A stretch of DNA of 63,236 nt, the filler included, from Syncephalis fuscata S228 (lineage: Eukaryota > Fungi > Zoopagomycota), in NCBI GenBank assembly GCA_025786725.1. It is 3 parts of 3 records of this genome, joined end to end, with 100 filler letters (N's around TTAATTAATTAA, not from the genome) between each part and the next. Parts side by side here need not be neighbours in the genome. Positions count along the whole stretch, not along the records: positions 1 to 23,439 come from JAHLTZ010000135.1; positions 23,540 to 45,960 come from JAHLTZ010000142.1; 1 more part is not named here. One strand, 5' to 3'. Within the stretch, counting starts at the first letter, position 1. Every line of letters starts with the position of its first letter. Under the pieces are notes generated by a model. That model made no database searches, was not told the origin of the DNA, and saw only the letters and a list, made by a program, of their open reading frames with translations. Shown here in pieces: positions 11,730 to 25,163 of this stretch. Made by a program: the position numbers and the translations under genes.

Positions 11730-13101
11730 ATGGTAATATAATGACGGTAACCAAATAGTAATTACTCACTAGCATACACTAATAGGAACACAGAGGAGCC
11801 AAGGTTAAAGAAACCTCGACCGAGGAACAAAAGCAGAAGCGAAAGGAACGGGAATTGGCCCGTATAGCCGAGTACTGTCAGCTGAAAGACAAAGCTTTTG
11901 AACAAGCAAGTTGTTTTGCACAATAGTCTCCTACTATACTTACTATCTACTAGAAACGGCTTAATGTATTTGACGAAGAAGCTCTTCGTATGACAACACG
12001 TCTACTACACTGGCATCCAGACTTTTATACAATATGGAACTATCGTCGTCAAATATTGATGGAACAATTTAAAGCAAGGTAATGTATTGTTATTGTCATT
12101 AGTGTGATATGGATTGAGACTAATCTATCATTATGCTCATTAGTGATGAAGGTAAACAGTCAGCTTGTGAGGCAGAATTGCGGTTAGTAGAAGATTTGGT
12201 GCGTAAACAGCCTAAATCCTACTGGATCTGGAATCATCGACGATGGGTGCTTGAAACGATACCTTGCGCCAATTGGCAACGCGAACTAGGACTAACCAGT
12301 CTTATGCTTGATCTGGACCAACGTAACTGTAAGATACTAAGATAGGGAGCTATATCTATGTATATATGTATTGATAGAATATATTATGATTGGATAGTTC
12401 ATGGATGGCAGTATCGCTATGCGGTGATTCGGCAATTACGCGATGAGAATCCAGAGCAAGACCAGCAACTTATTAAAGAAGAGCTGGCATATACAAAACA
12501 GAAGATCAGCCAAAGTTTTTCAAATGGTTCGGCATGGCATTATCGCAGTAAATTACTACCCTTAGTGCTACAAGCAACTGAGGATACATCTCGCCAAATG
12601 GAACTTATTAAAGAAGGCAAGTATAAGTGGTTATATTTTAATACACTAATATATTGTTTACTTAGAGTTTGATATGGTTCAATCGGCATTCTACACTGAT
12701 CCTGATGATCAAAGTGCTTGGATTTATTATCGCTCATGGATCCAGTATTTGAATGATCATCCAGATTTACCAGGATTACACGGTATTGAATTACTACGAC
12801 GAGAAGCCGAGGTTATTCGTGAATTACTCTCGATTGAGCCTGAGGCCAAGTGTAAGTGGGTCATACAAGTTTATTACTTGTTTTAACCATCCTATGGACA
12901 ACTATGGTTTATCGATTATTAGGGCCTCTATTAACGTTGCAACATTTAATGCAACAGTTACAGAAATGTAAGGCCACTACAGGCCAGGATAGCCAAGAAT
13001 TGGAACAATTGTCAAGCACGTTAATTCAAGTCGATCCAATGCGTGCTAATCGCTATAAACATTTGGGACAGACTACTGTCGCTGCCCAAATGAATGAATA
13101 A
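11730..13101 (+). CDS. BET4: Rab geranylgeranyltransferase alpha subunit (multi-exon; first coding exon probably ATG only)
   Basis: PPTA repeats PDFYTIWNYRR, PKSYWIWNHRRW, FSNGSAWHYRS; AFYTDPDDQSAW; DPMRANRY. Confidence 0.88.
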
Positions 13102-13281
13102 AACTAAATGGTCATTTATTGTCAGTAGCTAGTCTTGATGTTTAATATATAATACTGCGACTATTTAATATAATACAGCCTTTAATTCCAATAGCACATT
13201 ATAATAAGATACTTAAAATACTTATAAAGTATTTATTTATTCTACTATTCTACTATATAACAAGTGTAGTAGTAAGCAAAT

Positions 13282-14538
13282 TTAATCTGATGAACTACGA
13301 ATAAATTTCAAAATAGCATCGTTGTATTCGTCTGGCTTCTCCACGTGAATGCAATGGCCGCAGCCTCTAAACACCTTTAGCGGTGCCTGTAAGATTTCGG
13401 CAAGATATTCAGAATTGGTCGGTAAAATTAAATAGTTTATATTTCCAGTGCAAACAAGCACTTTTAGATTGCTATCTCGAATCTTGATTAGTTTCTTTTA
13501 GGTCATGTAGGGAATGCCAACAGCCTTGAACTGTGCTTGATAGCCTTTGTTTATCCTAGCATAGTCATTGAGATCAGTTAAAAGCATCATCTGAATAAAT
13601 ATCATATATTGGATGTTAATGTTACAGTTAGCAAACTGTATTGTATATTAAGCACCTCTAGTAAAAACTCTCAATTGGTTTTGGTGGGATCCATTCTTGA
13701 TGAAGAATCTAACCATTGCTAAATACAATTATTATTAGTTAAATAATTTTGCATTAAAGCACAGCAGCTTACGGTAGAGTAAACGTAATCTTGATTTTGC
13801 TTGAAACGTGTTACTGGATCTTGATGTCATGCATATTCTAAGCGTTTATTTGTATCTGAGTTCTAGATACGCTAAATTAACATAATTTATACAAAGCAGT
13901 AAATTGCCAATAGCTTATGGCTTTAATATACCTCTAAATTTTCAATAGTACGAAATATGCTTGTCAGGCACACGGACTCGAAGTATTGTGGATACTCGCT
14001 GGCCAATGCCTGTGAAATAAGTCCACCCATACTGGCTCCAATAAGATGTATGTCGGATGTTCATCCTAGATGGTTGAGTAGCTCGATGACGTCCATTGCC
14101 ATGTCACCAATACTATATTGTAATAAAAAGTTAGTTTTTATTTTCAATATCTATACAGTATTTACGTAAAATGTTCATCAGGAACATCTAATAATTTGAA
14201 AGAAATTAGCCAATTTAATTTGATTGCTTATACAAGCTATTTACCGGAGCTGCCTATGCTACGATTGTCAAATATACACACTTGAACATCATAATGTGGC
14301 AGAAATTGTGCTTGTGGTAGCCATACTTTGCCAATAGCGCCTAAGCCTATTGTTTCTCATTATTAAATGTTGTTTATCGCTTTCTACTTGCCGTAAATAG
14401 TATCATTGATGCCATAACCATTACAAAAATTGCCCGCTGTGTTCCGGTGCCATATAGTTTATATGATATGCTTAATGGCCGAGCACCACAATTGGCAGCC
14501 ACTTTAAAGACAACTTGAGTGACGGTAGGAAGTGTCAT
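13282..14538 (-). CDS. Alpha/beta-fold hydrolase (multi-exon)
   Basis: Nucleophile elbow HLIGASMGG near 14030-14050; C-terminal GCGHCIHVEKPDEYN carries the catalytic His. Confidence 0.8.
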
Positions 14539-15413
14539 GGTGATAAATAAACCTTGAATAGAGTATAGGGACAAACTACGTCAGCACGATATTGGATAGT
14601 ATGAAAAGTGGTGATGTTTAAATGCTGTATTATATTAGCTTGTTACCTCGTTATTTAAATGTTACGGTGACAAATTTAGTTATAGCATAATATCTACAAG
14701 GCTCATGCAGCAAGCACTTAAGCCAAAACTAGTATTTGATTGGCCACGGAAACATATTTTACCATCACCGATATCTAGTTTTTTATTATGCAAATGCCAA
14801 ATGCAAACTCGTTGTATTTACCTTGTAATTATATACACTACAATTTTATCATCATCATTCACCTATTCCTACTTGTTTACTTGTGGCGTTTCATAGCGTT
14901 ACATTTATAATCTAGGAATTGTAAATTAGATTATTATACAACACCTTATCCTAGTGTTATACTATAACATTAGCTTCTGATATGTATTAATACTTGCCTT
15001 AGGGTTTAAAATACAATATGTTGGTTGGTTAATATTGTTCTGATAATAAGCTATTCTTTATTATCACTAATTATCACAGTTCAACTAGAATATACTAAAT
15101 AACTTGTATGACACAGTAGAAATAAAATGAAATCAAAAACTTATTACTTTTATTAATATTAGATAAAGTTAGCATTGTATAGTGAACATAAATAATAATA
15201 AAGCTGAAGTATTTTTAATGGTTGTATTTGGTTTAGCGTATCAGCTCGTGTAACTGCTCGTTTTTTCACAACTACCACGTAATTACATGTTATATTTTTG
15301 TAATAAACCTTTGTTACTAGCAATCAGTGCTGATATCCGCTATACATATTATTTTTGTGACTAATCGCATGCAACTTTAATGAGCCATCCAATCACATGG
15401 TATATTTTTAGTC

Positions 15414-15839
15414 ATGTTTTACAAGACCCTGTCCGAAATATTAAAACAGCAACAACATAATTTACAATTTGCCGTTAATCAGGTGAATGAAAACACGACA
15501 GATGACATAAGATTGGCTATGATTTCAACAAAATACAAATATTCAAATGTTTGCATTAAAAATGTAAAGCCCATTTGGACGCGTAACGATAATCTTCATG
15601 GCACAGTGCTGCTATTTGGTTTTAATTGCATCATTGTTATATCTGAGAGACGATGGGCAATTTACAGCGTAATTGATGGCGCTATACTAGCACACACCGA
15701 TGTAGAAACTTCAGGTTCAGCACTTGAACCTCATTCCTACATAGATTTGGGCATATATGCTAATCGTTTTTCACTATATATTGGAAGATTTGCTTTTTAT
15801 AAAACTAAACGCGATGAAAAAATTCTAGTAGTAAATTAA
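15414..15839 (+). pseudogene. Probable fragment of a lineage-specific family related to the 54338-55918 protein
   Basis: WAIYSVIDGAIL resembles MIIYSLLDGTIL; lacks the N-terminal F-box. Confidence 0.35.
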
Positions 15840-16267
15840 ATTAACACAAGAAACGCGATTTTAATGGCAAATGGCAAAGACTATAAAATAGTAGATTTGT
15901 CCTTTTAATTGCTATAAATTTAATTTTTACTATCATTCATTAAACATTGGCACATTATAATTTATTATTATCTAGGCAACACTACTAGGTACTTGTAATA
16001 CTGTCAAAACTTCAATAAGAGTTATATAGCATAAAATGCGTGACAAAAACAATTTCAAGTACAATAAATGCAATAAAGCTTAAATTGAAATTTCAACTAT
16101 TTATGTAATTTAGTAAGCTGCGACAATAACATTTTTTTTAGTAAATAGCGAGTATAATAAAGATTAATCAAAGGAATAAAAGTTGTTTCATAAAAACTTA
16201 TTTTGAATAAAACTTATTTATTATTATAGTATATTGTTATTAATTATATATATATATATAATTTATA

Positions 16268-19200
16268 TTAAACCCAATGAACTGTGGGCTGTTCGGCGCT
16301 ATATTCCCGGAATGCCTTCTCCATTAGACGGAATCCATTCTCGTCGGTGACACGGGTAAGGCGACCATCGAGCGACAGAACCAGCAGTCGCTCGCGTACA
16401 TCGGATTCGGCAAATCCAGCCCGTACTGCTTTACGCAATGCTAGCAAGTAGAATGCATCAAAGCCAGCCGTAGATGATACACAGAGTGCAATACGATGAT
16501 CATGGTCAATCACTAGCTTAACAAGGAATTGGTCACGTGGTAATCTCATTGATGTTAAGCCAGATGGTGGCGGTGGGCCATGCGACTGCGAATAATTTAA
16601 ACAGCGATTCTTATTGCTTAACGGAGTTGAAGAAAGTGCGGTATTAGTGGCATTAGAGGAGGAAAAATTAGCGGAGTCCTGAATTGAAGCGGTGGCCAGC
16701 ATCTTTGTATTAGTCGTTGACGATGATAAACAAGAAGAAGAGGAAGAAGTAACGTTGGCGGCGGACGAGGAAGAAGAAGAAGAAGAAGAGGAAAAATAAG
16801 GAGGTAGTGGGCAAGTTGGTGCTACTGGTAAGGATCGCTCCTTTGATAAACATTCTTCATTTAATGATGATACTGGTGTCACGCTCAAGGTGGTGACTTT
16901 TGCCTTAGGCGAAAATGAGCCTGACGACTTGGTTACAGAAGTGGATATAAGGAGAGACGGCGTATTTGTACTAGCATCAATCATGGAACGCTGCTGCCCA
17001 TTTGCTGCTGTTTTATCTGTATTGAGACTTGGATGACTCTTAATAAAAGCCTCTAATGTATCAAGGTTGCTTGTTTTCCTTTCTGACCAGCTATTTTTAC
17101 TAGCTATCGATGCAAATGAAGATCGTCTTGATGAAATTGATGTTCTAGATGATGCACTCGTAGTAAGCTGTACGCTGCCTTTCTTTGCATGTGCCGCATG
17201 CGATGCTGGCGAAGACGATCGCATGTAATGCTGTCCTCTAGTAGATTCAAGTGGTATGGCCTTTGGTGTGGTTGATGTGCTTAACGACGGATTTTCATTG
17301 CTATTGATCATGTCTTGGAATGAAGACTGGCCAATACTTTTACGTAGAGGTGATTTACTTTTAACCGGCGGCGGAATAACACCCAGGAATGACGTGACAG
17401 ATGCATGGGTACTACCCGGTAGAGGAGGTACATCGACTGTACCCATAGCATGAGCATTGGCAATATTGTTCATGTCGGAGGGCAATGAACCTCGACGGGT
17501 AATTGTTTTACTATTTGCGCCTGCCTCCAAAATAGACATGCTATTTTTATGTTTCAATGTGCCTTGACCCATAATATTGGATATACTGTTCGATTTTGGT
17601 CGATGTAACTTTGGCGAGGCAAGTGGTAGTGGTCGGGCAGTGCTAGATGTTGATTGACATACTTCAGCAGTGTCGAAATTTCTAGATAAGGCCGGTTGAG
17701 GCTGCTTAAAACTTAAAGGCCGGCCTTTTCTATTATCCGATATAGACTCAATCGCAGTATTGGATTTACCAACGGATTCTTGTGTAAGAAAGTCCTCTGG
17801 TATATCGGATAGAGTGGGCTGTTCCATTTTGCCAGATTTGGGTGGTGATGACGGTGACGCCTCTTCTACTGATGTCCTATGAGCACTTGAAATGGCCGAG
17901 TGAAACAGCGGTATTTCTATGTGTACTTCTATTGAAGACCTTGCTCGTGGACGATTATTAATAGATGTTGTGCCAAGTTTTGTGACAGTAGGAAAGCTCG
18001 ATAGCTCTAAGGGTGATAACGGTGAGGCAATACTACAAGGCCGGGCTGGTAATTGCGTTGCATTGCGATGATTTGGATTATCTAGACTATTGCGACGCTG
18101 CTGGCTTGCTTTAACACGATCTATTTGATGCTGGTCACCAATGGGCGAGGTAATATTGCGTCGAGCTGATACAATAACCGGCGTCATTAATCGTTGAAGC
18201 GGTGCTCCTCCAGCTGAGGCAGTAATCGATTCGTTATCAAATGGCTTCCGAGAGAAAATAACCGACGTTGAACGAGGCAATGGCCGTGTTGATTGTGACT
18301 GTGGCAGTACATAAGATGCAGTAGCAAATTTGGCTGAGAAGGGCGTCATAACTGCACGGGCCATACATATTTCCTCATCCTCGCTTTCATCACTTTGACT
18401 ATCACTGTCAGAGTTGCTTGATAGCGAAGATGGCTTGGATGCATCTATTTGCTGTGTATCTTTGATTTTTTGACGTACAGTAGTAGCTGTTGATTCAGAA
18501 TCAGTGCTTAATATTGGTTTGCTATTATCGTTCATTGCCGCGGCTCTAGCTGATAAAACAGAGTTCAAAGGAGAAACACTGTTTGAACGTAATGAAGGTG
18601 TGCCTAGTTTCAAATGATCGCCAGACTCTATATCCGAGTAAAACTGTGCATCAATAGCAGCTTCTAGAGCGGAGACAGCTAGAATGTCGTTTGTATCACC
18701 TGCATTGCGGCAATTGATACGAGACATTATGGTGACTGGTTGAGGGGAAGCAAGTAGATCATCTTGGTAATAATCAATTGAATTTGAGGATTGGGTCGAG
18801 TTGGAATTGTTTCTATTTGTACTAGTGGTCGACCAAGTAGAAGACGACGATCTTTCTGCTGTTTCATCAACATTAGTGGTATAATGTGATAGTGAAGTAT
18901 CATACGAGGAATTGGATCCTGATGTATGAGACTTTGTTTGATTCCTTTGGCGTGGGTCAGCCGACAGTGAATCTATACCAGTAGTGTTATTAATTGGATT
19001 ACAAGATGAAACGCAGTTTTGATTTAATCCAAATTTCGATAACTTACCACTAATCGATGATTGTTTATTTGTTGTTGTTGTCGTTGTTGTTGTTGTTGTG
19101 TGATATGATTGAAGTGATGAATAAGAATCGATGGATTCAGTTTTTGTATATGCTGAATAGGGTGACATGCCCGATGATACAGCTTTTGTGCTAAAAAGCT

Positions 19201-19318
19201 GATGGTGGTCATGATTATCTACTGTCTTTTCATTGACTCCCAATGAATCGGCCAAGGCCGTTTGGCCTACATTTATTTGATCCTGGGATGTAATGGGATG
19301 GGTGGTTGAAAACGACAT
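16268..19318 (-). CDS. Large Ser/Thr-rich, largely disordered protein with a small folded C-terminal domain (possibly PB1-like)
   Basis: ~1015-aa intronless ORF from MSFSTT; low complexity except the last ~85 aa. Confidence 0.8.
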   Translation of the reverse strand: MSFSTTHPITSQDQINVGQTALADSLGVNEKTVDNHDHHQLFSTKAVSSGMSPYSAYTKTESIDSYSSLQSYHTTTTTTTTTTNKQSSISGKLSKFGLNQNCVSSCNPINNTTGIDSLSADPRQRNQTKSHTSGSNSSYDTSLSHYTTNVDETAERSSSSTWSTTSTNRNNSNSTQSSNSIDYYQDDLLASPQPVTIMSRINCRNAGDTNDILAVSALEAAIDAQFYSDIESGDHLKLGTPSLRSNSVSPLNSVLSARAAAMNDNSKPILSTDSESTATTVRQKIKDTQQIDASKPSSLSSNSDSDSQSDESEDEEICMARAVMTPFSAKFATASYVLPQSQSTRPLPRSTSVIFSRKPFDNESITASAGGAPLQRLMTPVIVSARRNITSPIGDQHQIDRVKASQQRRNSLDNPNHRNATQLPARPCSIASPLSPLELSSFPTVTKLGTTSINNRPRARSSIEVHIEIPLFHSAISSAHRTSVEEASPSSPPKSGKMEQPTLSDIPEDFLTQESVGKSNTAIESISDNRKGRPLSFKQPQPALSRNFDTAEVCQSTSSTARPLPLASPKLHRPKSNSISNIMGQGTLKHKNSMSILEAGANSKTITRRGSLPSDMNNIANAHAMGTVDVPPLPGSTHASVTSFLGVIPPPVKSKSPLRKSIGQSSFQDMINSNENPSLSTSTTPKAIPLESTRGQHYMRSSSPASHAAHAKKGSVQLTTSASSRTSISSRRSSFASIASKNSWSERKTSNLDTLEAFIKSHPSLNTDKTAANGQQRSMIDASTNTPSLLISTSVTKSSGSFSPKAKVTTLSVTPVSSLNEECLSKERSLPVAPTCPLPPYFSSSSSSSSSSAANVTSSSSSCLSSSTTNTKMLATASIQDSANFSSSNATNTALSSTPLSNKNRCLNYSQSHGPPPPSGLTSMRLPRDQFLVKLVIDHDHRIALCVSSTAGFDAFYLLALRKAVRAGFAESDVRERLLVLSLDGRLTRVTDENGFRLMEKAFREYSAEQPTVHWV

Positions 19319-22300
19319 AGCGCTATATTGTTGTATAATAATGGTAGGCGTGTATCTGTGCACTAATAAAAGAATATACCAAATATGTCACACTTTGTGC
19401 ACTATAAACTGAAAGTAAACGATGGCAAAAACAAGCTACCTGCGCCAGAAGGAATAAAAGCAAAGACAAATAGTGAGAAAGTACGAAGAAGGCAAATAGT
19501 AAAGCGGAATAAAAGGTGTAGTCCTGCTCCACCAAAAAGCTAAATGCAATAAAATAATATCTGAGCGAGCGAGTGAATGGGAGAAAGGAGAGGAGGTGGT
19601 ATAGAAAAGTCGTACACTGCAAGTCACTGTAACCGTATAAAAATAGTATGTTGCTGCCTCATCCGTGTTAGATTAGGCACTAGTACAGGCATGCGGTTGC
19701 ATGAAGTCAGGTCAATACAAGAATCGGCGCTTTTAGTAGTCCAAATGGCCATACTAACCTTGGCAATTTGGCTATCGGTCTTGGAGATTAAAGTATATTG
19801 TAGAGTATATTTTGTTGTTTTTACAGATGCCAACAAATGGTTATTACGGATGTTGGTGTTTATTATTCATATTCATTTATTCTGTTTGAAGCGCTGATTT
19901 TTTATCAGTTTTTCTTTATTGTGCTAAATGATTGCTACTTGAAGTAATGTTTAAAACATGAAATAGCCAGATATTAACATGCCATTTTGGTCATTATTAT
20001 GGCTATACTAGTATTACTAGTAGAAAAAATAGAATTATTCAAGTATGACTGGTTGGATGGATGTGTGTGTGTGTTTGACTATTATGAGGAGAGAAGGGAG
20101 GGAGAGGGAGAGGTAGGAGACAGCAGAGGAGAGAGAGAGAGTAAGAGGAGAAGAGGAGGCATCCATACGTGTGTGTGTCTGGTCGAGTGTTTCCAATCCA
20201 TGCGATTCTAGTAAATGATGGTGAATGGTTGATATACGCCAGATGGAGTAATTGTCCCAAAAAGCAGTCTATTTTAGCAATGTGACAACTTGCAACGTGT
20301 AGTCTGTCTCTGCAACTATCATCATTTTTGTTTGAGGAGTCGTTGTGATGGCACGCATGCGTGGTTGACGATGCTAACTACTGATTGCTGATTGGTACAT
20401 CGGCCGGTCTATGAACAATGGAAGGAAAACTCGTTTATACAACGTTTACATGTGTACGTCGTAATAGCATCAACAATAAATAACTTACATGGTAATATAC
20501 AAGTAACTATGATGGTTATTCTAGTAGGATGTATAGAATGATATTAATGGCTTAATAAAAAGAGGCCCTTTTACGGATGATTGTTATGATCTCCGTATTC
20601 ATGGTTCCACTAATGGACAAGTAAAGTCGGCTGCTGGATATACACAGACACGCGCACACACACATAGACGCTAGGCCAGCTTCATCGACAAAACAGGCAA
20701 CTAGGGCCAATCTTTTTTGGCTGGCCGATATCCTATTGATGTCCACCCAATGTCTACTTATTTGATAATTGCTTCGTGTTTTAACACTGATATTGCTAGC
20801 CTTGACAATATCTTTTTAGCCTTGACTCTCTTTGGTGTGCGTATCCTTATGATACTATTATTCCTAATGAGTGATCTGTAATGTAATTTGTATTTGCAAT
20901 ATTAATAAAATAAATGTTTAGCTGAGTGACAATAATGGTTTGTTTTCTATTATACTAAAACTAATATTATTTACTACAACATCCATACTTTATTGATAGT
21001 AACTGCATTCCTACGGATAAACAGTTATTATTTTTGTAATTTAAAACTCCTATTTGTTGTTGTTCCCATTTCTTATCTTAAAATGATAAATATAGTGTGA
21101 GAATATAATAATCGCAGATACTTAATTATATACCACTTGTGTATTGATTGTTTGTATATTATGAATAGATTCTATAAATTATTACTTTATCTACTATATG
21201 GGCTATTGCTCCAAATTCTATAATTGAGTGAAAATTGGTTTATTTTATTATAATAAGATGTGGTGCTAATTAGTTTATTATTTTAACACATTTACTAATT
21301 ATATATATATTATGTGATATATCGGAACATTTGGTAGATTAACTTTTATTCTTTACACTCCGCTAATTACTTTATTTTAATACTTTGTTTTTCTTTTTGT
21401 AAAAAACTGTTTTCTAATAGCAAATTTTTCTAAATTGCTTAAAAATGACACCGAAGCTTACATTTTAATTAAAAAGTTAAATTTTTGCAAATAATGTAGC
21501 TGATGATAAATAAACAGTTTCCATTAGTGAAGCACGGTCCATAAAACGTATAATCTTATAGATTGAAATGAATGCAAAAGAGAATATATAAATAATAATA
21601 GTAAAGTTATGGCATATACGAGTAATTGAACGTGATGAACGAGATAAATTGAGCTTTATAGCAAAATATAGCTGGCACCAAACAAATAACAAGTTTCAAT
21701 AACACATGATCATTGCCTTTTAAACATATATATTGAAAAGATTCTTCAGTATAAAGCGATGGATAAATAGATCATACATATACAGAATAATAATAACAAC
21801 GATAGACTATAATATTGATTTTTATGATGACTAATGCCACTCCCAACTATTCCTATGTTCAAGTGCGCGAATATTATTAAATGTGATCATTCAGTCTCCT
21901 TTCCCCCAATCTCAATATGCTTAATGATTCGATCATCAATATTTCTCACTGCTCATCTCCATGTTCGACTACGCGAATATTCAATTCAATTGTGTGAATA
22001 TTATCAAGTGCCATTATTCTACCTTCAACCTTGACACGATTGCCATTACTACTGTTATTGACACCATACATTACTTTGTGTGACTATCACTGTCACACAC
22101 ACTTGGCTCTTCACTTTCTCTATTGTATGGGTCCTTTTGCTCTTTACTTGGCTGCCATTCTCACATTGCCGCAACTCGAGAAATAAACTTTGTTTCATTC
22201 GTGTTTTATTGGCTTCTGGTTCTGGTCCTGTGTAGTAAAAACAGTTTCCATCTACGCTTGATAACAACATAAAGAAAAGCACAACAAAAGTAAAATTGAC

Positions 22301-22630
22301 GAATTGTTGCCATGTTTTTGCTTAGTAAACTCCGAATATTTACCACTCACACCCCTTATCTCAAAGGAGACTCTCTTTCTATTTTGCACTTCTATTTCTA
22401 GTAGCTGCTATTTTTGGCTTTTTTATATGGATTGTATTTACTCGAGGCAATACCTTAGAGAGTACTAAACAATTACACACCTACCCACATACGAATACAT
22501 AAACACTTCCCTTAGCCAGTCCTTTGTGCTATTCTTGCTTCTTTCGTTGTTTCACTGTTACCGTCACCACCACTACTGCTACTACTACTACTACTGCCAC
22601 TTTGTTCTATAATTGTTGTTCTGGTCTACA

Positions 22631-23439
22631 AGTCTTTATTTTATTATGGAGACCGACACGCTTCCAATACAAAAGCTGGCCGGGAATCCGCCTAGCGAGT
22701 CTCCTAAACGCTCACCGCCAACGTTGCCTCGCAAATCGCCTGCTCGTTCTAAAGTTTTTAGCCTGGAGAAACCTCTGCCGCCTTTACCAGCGCCAGACCC
22801 ATCTGAAATGCTTCTCTTGACGCCGCCTTATTCTGCGTCTACACTGGGTGCACACAATGTATTTCCTGCAATGGATGCATCACTTACCAATTCGACAAAC
22901 AATAACAAACAGACTGACAGCGTGCAAGATTTGACACAATTAACTTTAAACGCACCACCCAATTCAGCTATAACGTCACCCACACTACTCGTAACACCCA
23001 CTGAGAGTGATGCTATTCCTGCGACAATTGATGGTGACGTGGTGGACGATTTACTGCTTAAAAAGCATACACGCCATTTAAAACGACGATCTATGCTACA
23101 CCGGCCTTATGAAGGTGTGAAATTGGCCAGCGAACTTGAATCTGTTCGAGTTGTATCGTATGAACGTCGTGAGATGGTTGCTTCTGGTATACGCTGCATG
23201 TAACGCCACGGCCACGCTACTTGCCACCGCCGCCAAAAGCACCAAAGATTGTTATGAGACCGCAACCATATGCTATTTATCGAATATATGAGGATTTTAC
23301 CGAGTTAAGCATTCGTTTGGCGTATACATTTAATTTGGATGCATCAAGTACTCGGCCATTAGCGCCTTTATTGGAAAGTTTTACACGGGCACAACAACGC
23401 AATGCTGATGTACCATTTGATATGATGGATCAGCTAGAC
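22631..23439 (+). CDS. Pro-rich protein with a PX-like domain, truncated by the gap; apparent frameshift near 23171
   Basis: VRVVSYERR continues in another frame as DGCFWYTLHV...YAIYRIYEDFTELSIRL. Confidence 0.6.
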
Positions 23440-23539
23440 NNNNNNNNNNNNNNNNNNNNNNNNNNNNNNNNNNNNNNNNNNNNTTAATTAATTAANNNNN
23501 NNNNNNNNNNNNNNNNNNNNNNNNNNNNNNNNNNNNNNN
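23440..23539. other. Artificial contig linker
   Basis: N44-TTAATTAATTAA-N44; the 12-mer gives stops in all six frames. Confidence 0.97.
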
Positions 23540-24027
23540 GCACTTATATAATATAATAGTTAGCGTATTTTACTGCAGTGATAAGTCTCACTTATATACT
23601 GATTGCGATTTTATATATAATTGGCTGCATTAATTATACAGTACCAACACTTATCGAGCTTACCATGGTTTGTTTCACAAGTAACACGACCTATTTATTA
23701 CGTGCGCTTGTTTACTTGATGGCATTCGGTATAAGTTGGCCCAAACCTAAAAAAATTAAGAGGCCTCATTTATCGCTTGGTCCTATTACAGACTTTGAAT
23801 ATGAACAGGCTTTATCAACCAATGATCAAACCGGCTATTTTGCAAATCTACACCAGCAACATTGCAACGACTTATCAATGCTAGAAAATAGAATTAAATG
23901 TAAAATTTAAAATACTTTTTTGTATTAATACTATACTATTGAGATATTTATGGTAAAACAAGTTATCAATACTTTATAAACAAAGGTTTATAAACTAAGA
24001 TTATAATCAGTATATTAAATAGGGAAA

Positions 24028-24848
24028 ATTATATAAATTACTATATAAATTGTTGTTGTTATTAATAAAAATAAAACGTTATAAATTATATTTATTAAAT
24101 ACACCGTTTTGAAAAATCTACCAAATGTTTACCAAACTATTTAAAAAGCTATATTTAACAGTATTGAAGAACTGAGGGCCGCTGTTGATAAGTCTAAGCT
24201 TGTTAACAATTGCAGTTTTAAAAGGGAAAATAGTGATTCAGCAAAATTGTAGCTTATTTATCCCCATAAAGACCATTCCAGCAACAAATATCAGTTTGTT
24301 TTGACTGCCAAAAAGCAGAAAACTGGCCTAGTAAAGATTACCCAGTACAATATTAAGCACTTTAATGGTTGTCCATATGATTCTGGCAATGATACTATTA
24401 ATCTATTGCTAAACATATTACAAATGATGTTGCTATATTCTCAAATGTAAAACCAAAATATGTACAAGTAAAAGCATAAAGTACCCATTTAATTATTTAA
24501 TATACACTAGCAATTGTAACAGCTTAATAAATGTTTAATATCAGTTTAATTATTATTATTAAATAACATAAAAATAGCTCAAATTAGCATATCTATAACA
24601 AACGTTGTAATTGTATAGATTCTGATATAAGCTAAATAAATTGGATTATAAAAGTCATTTTTATTATTATTGAGTAACAGTATTATGTAGTTATAATATT
24701 ATTGAATAATAAAAGTTACAAAGCTAAATTGCCTGATAGGAAAAAGTTAATTACAATAAATGCAACAATTTTAATTTAAAACTTTGCTTATTTACGTAGT
24801 TTAGTTAATTATAGCAATATTGACAGCAATGCCAATCGTGTTTTATTT
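24028..24848 (+). mobile_element. Degenerate Mutator/MuDR transposase remnant, copy 1
   Basis: Translation from ~24154 reads FNSIEELRAAVDKSKLVNNCSFKRENSDSAKL*, then YQFVLTAKKQKTGLVKITQYNIKHFNGC, resembling the MuDR N-terminal DNA-binding domain; has stops; three copies in the window. Confidence 0.65.
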
Positions 24849-25163
24849 TTAAAAGACTTCTGAAAATATACTTGTAGTAAATGCAACTCAAAAAATACAG
24901 TACAAAATATATTGTGTAAAATTAATACTAACAGTATTGAAATAGTAGTTGATGTTAAAATAAACGTTTTATTTAATAAATTTAAAACCGGCATGTTTTT
25001 CAAAATTCATTTATAGATTATAGTTATTATTAATCATTATTAAATGATATAGATTAAAAGTGCAGTTTATTATGATGATAATGGCTATTAAAATGGTTAG
25101 CATAGTATTAATAGTAATTACTAGTATTACTATTATCACTAATACTAGTCAATATATCTTTAT

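Noticed and set aside
19400-22600. Many short ORFs and GA/GT-rich tracts in a long intergenic region (also 34800-36900)
   Set aside because: Low complexity, no coherent exon structure or motifs; consistent with UTR and promoter sequence
23161-23203. Programmed frameshifting in the PX-like gene (also ~38010, ~39400, ~60510, ~63171)
   Set aside because: Scattered single-base indels in unrelated genes, including conserved FUM1 and the DEAH helicase, with no slippery sites; consensus sequencing errors are more likely
23484-23495. TTAATTAATTAA palindrome inside N runs (also 46005-46016)
   Set aside because: Artificial all-frame-stop linker; adjacency and orientation across it are not biological evidence
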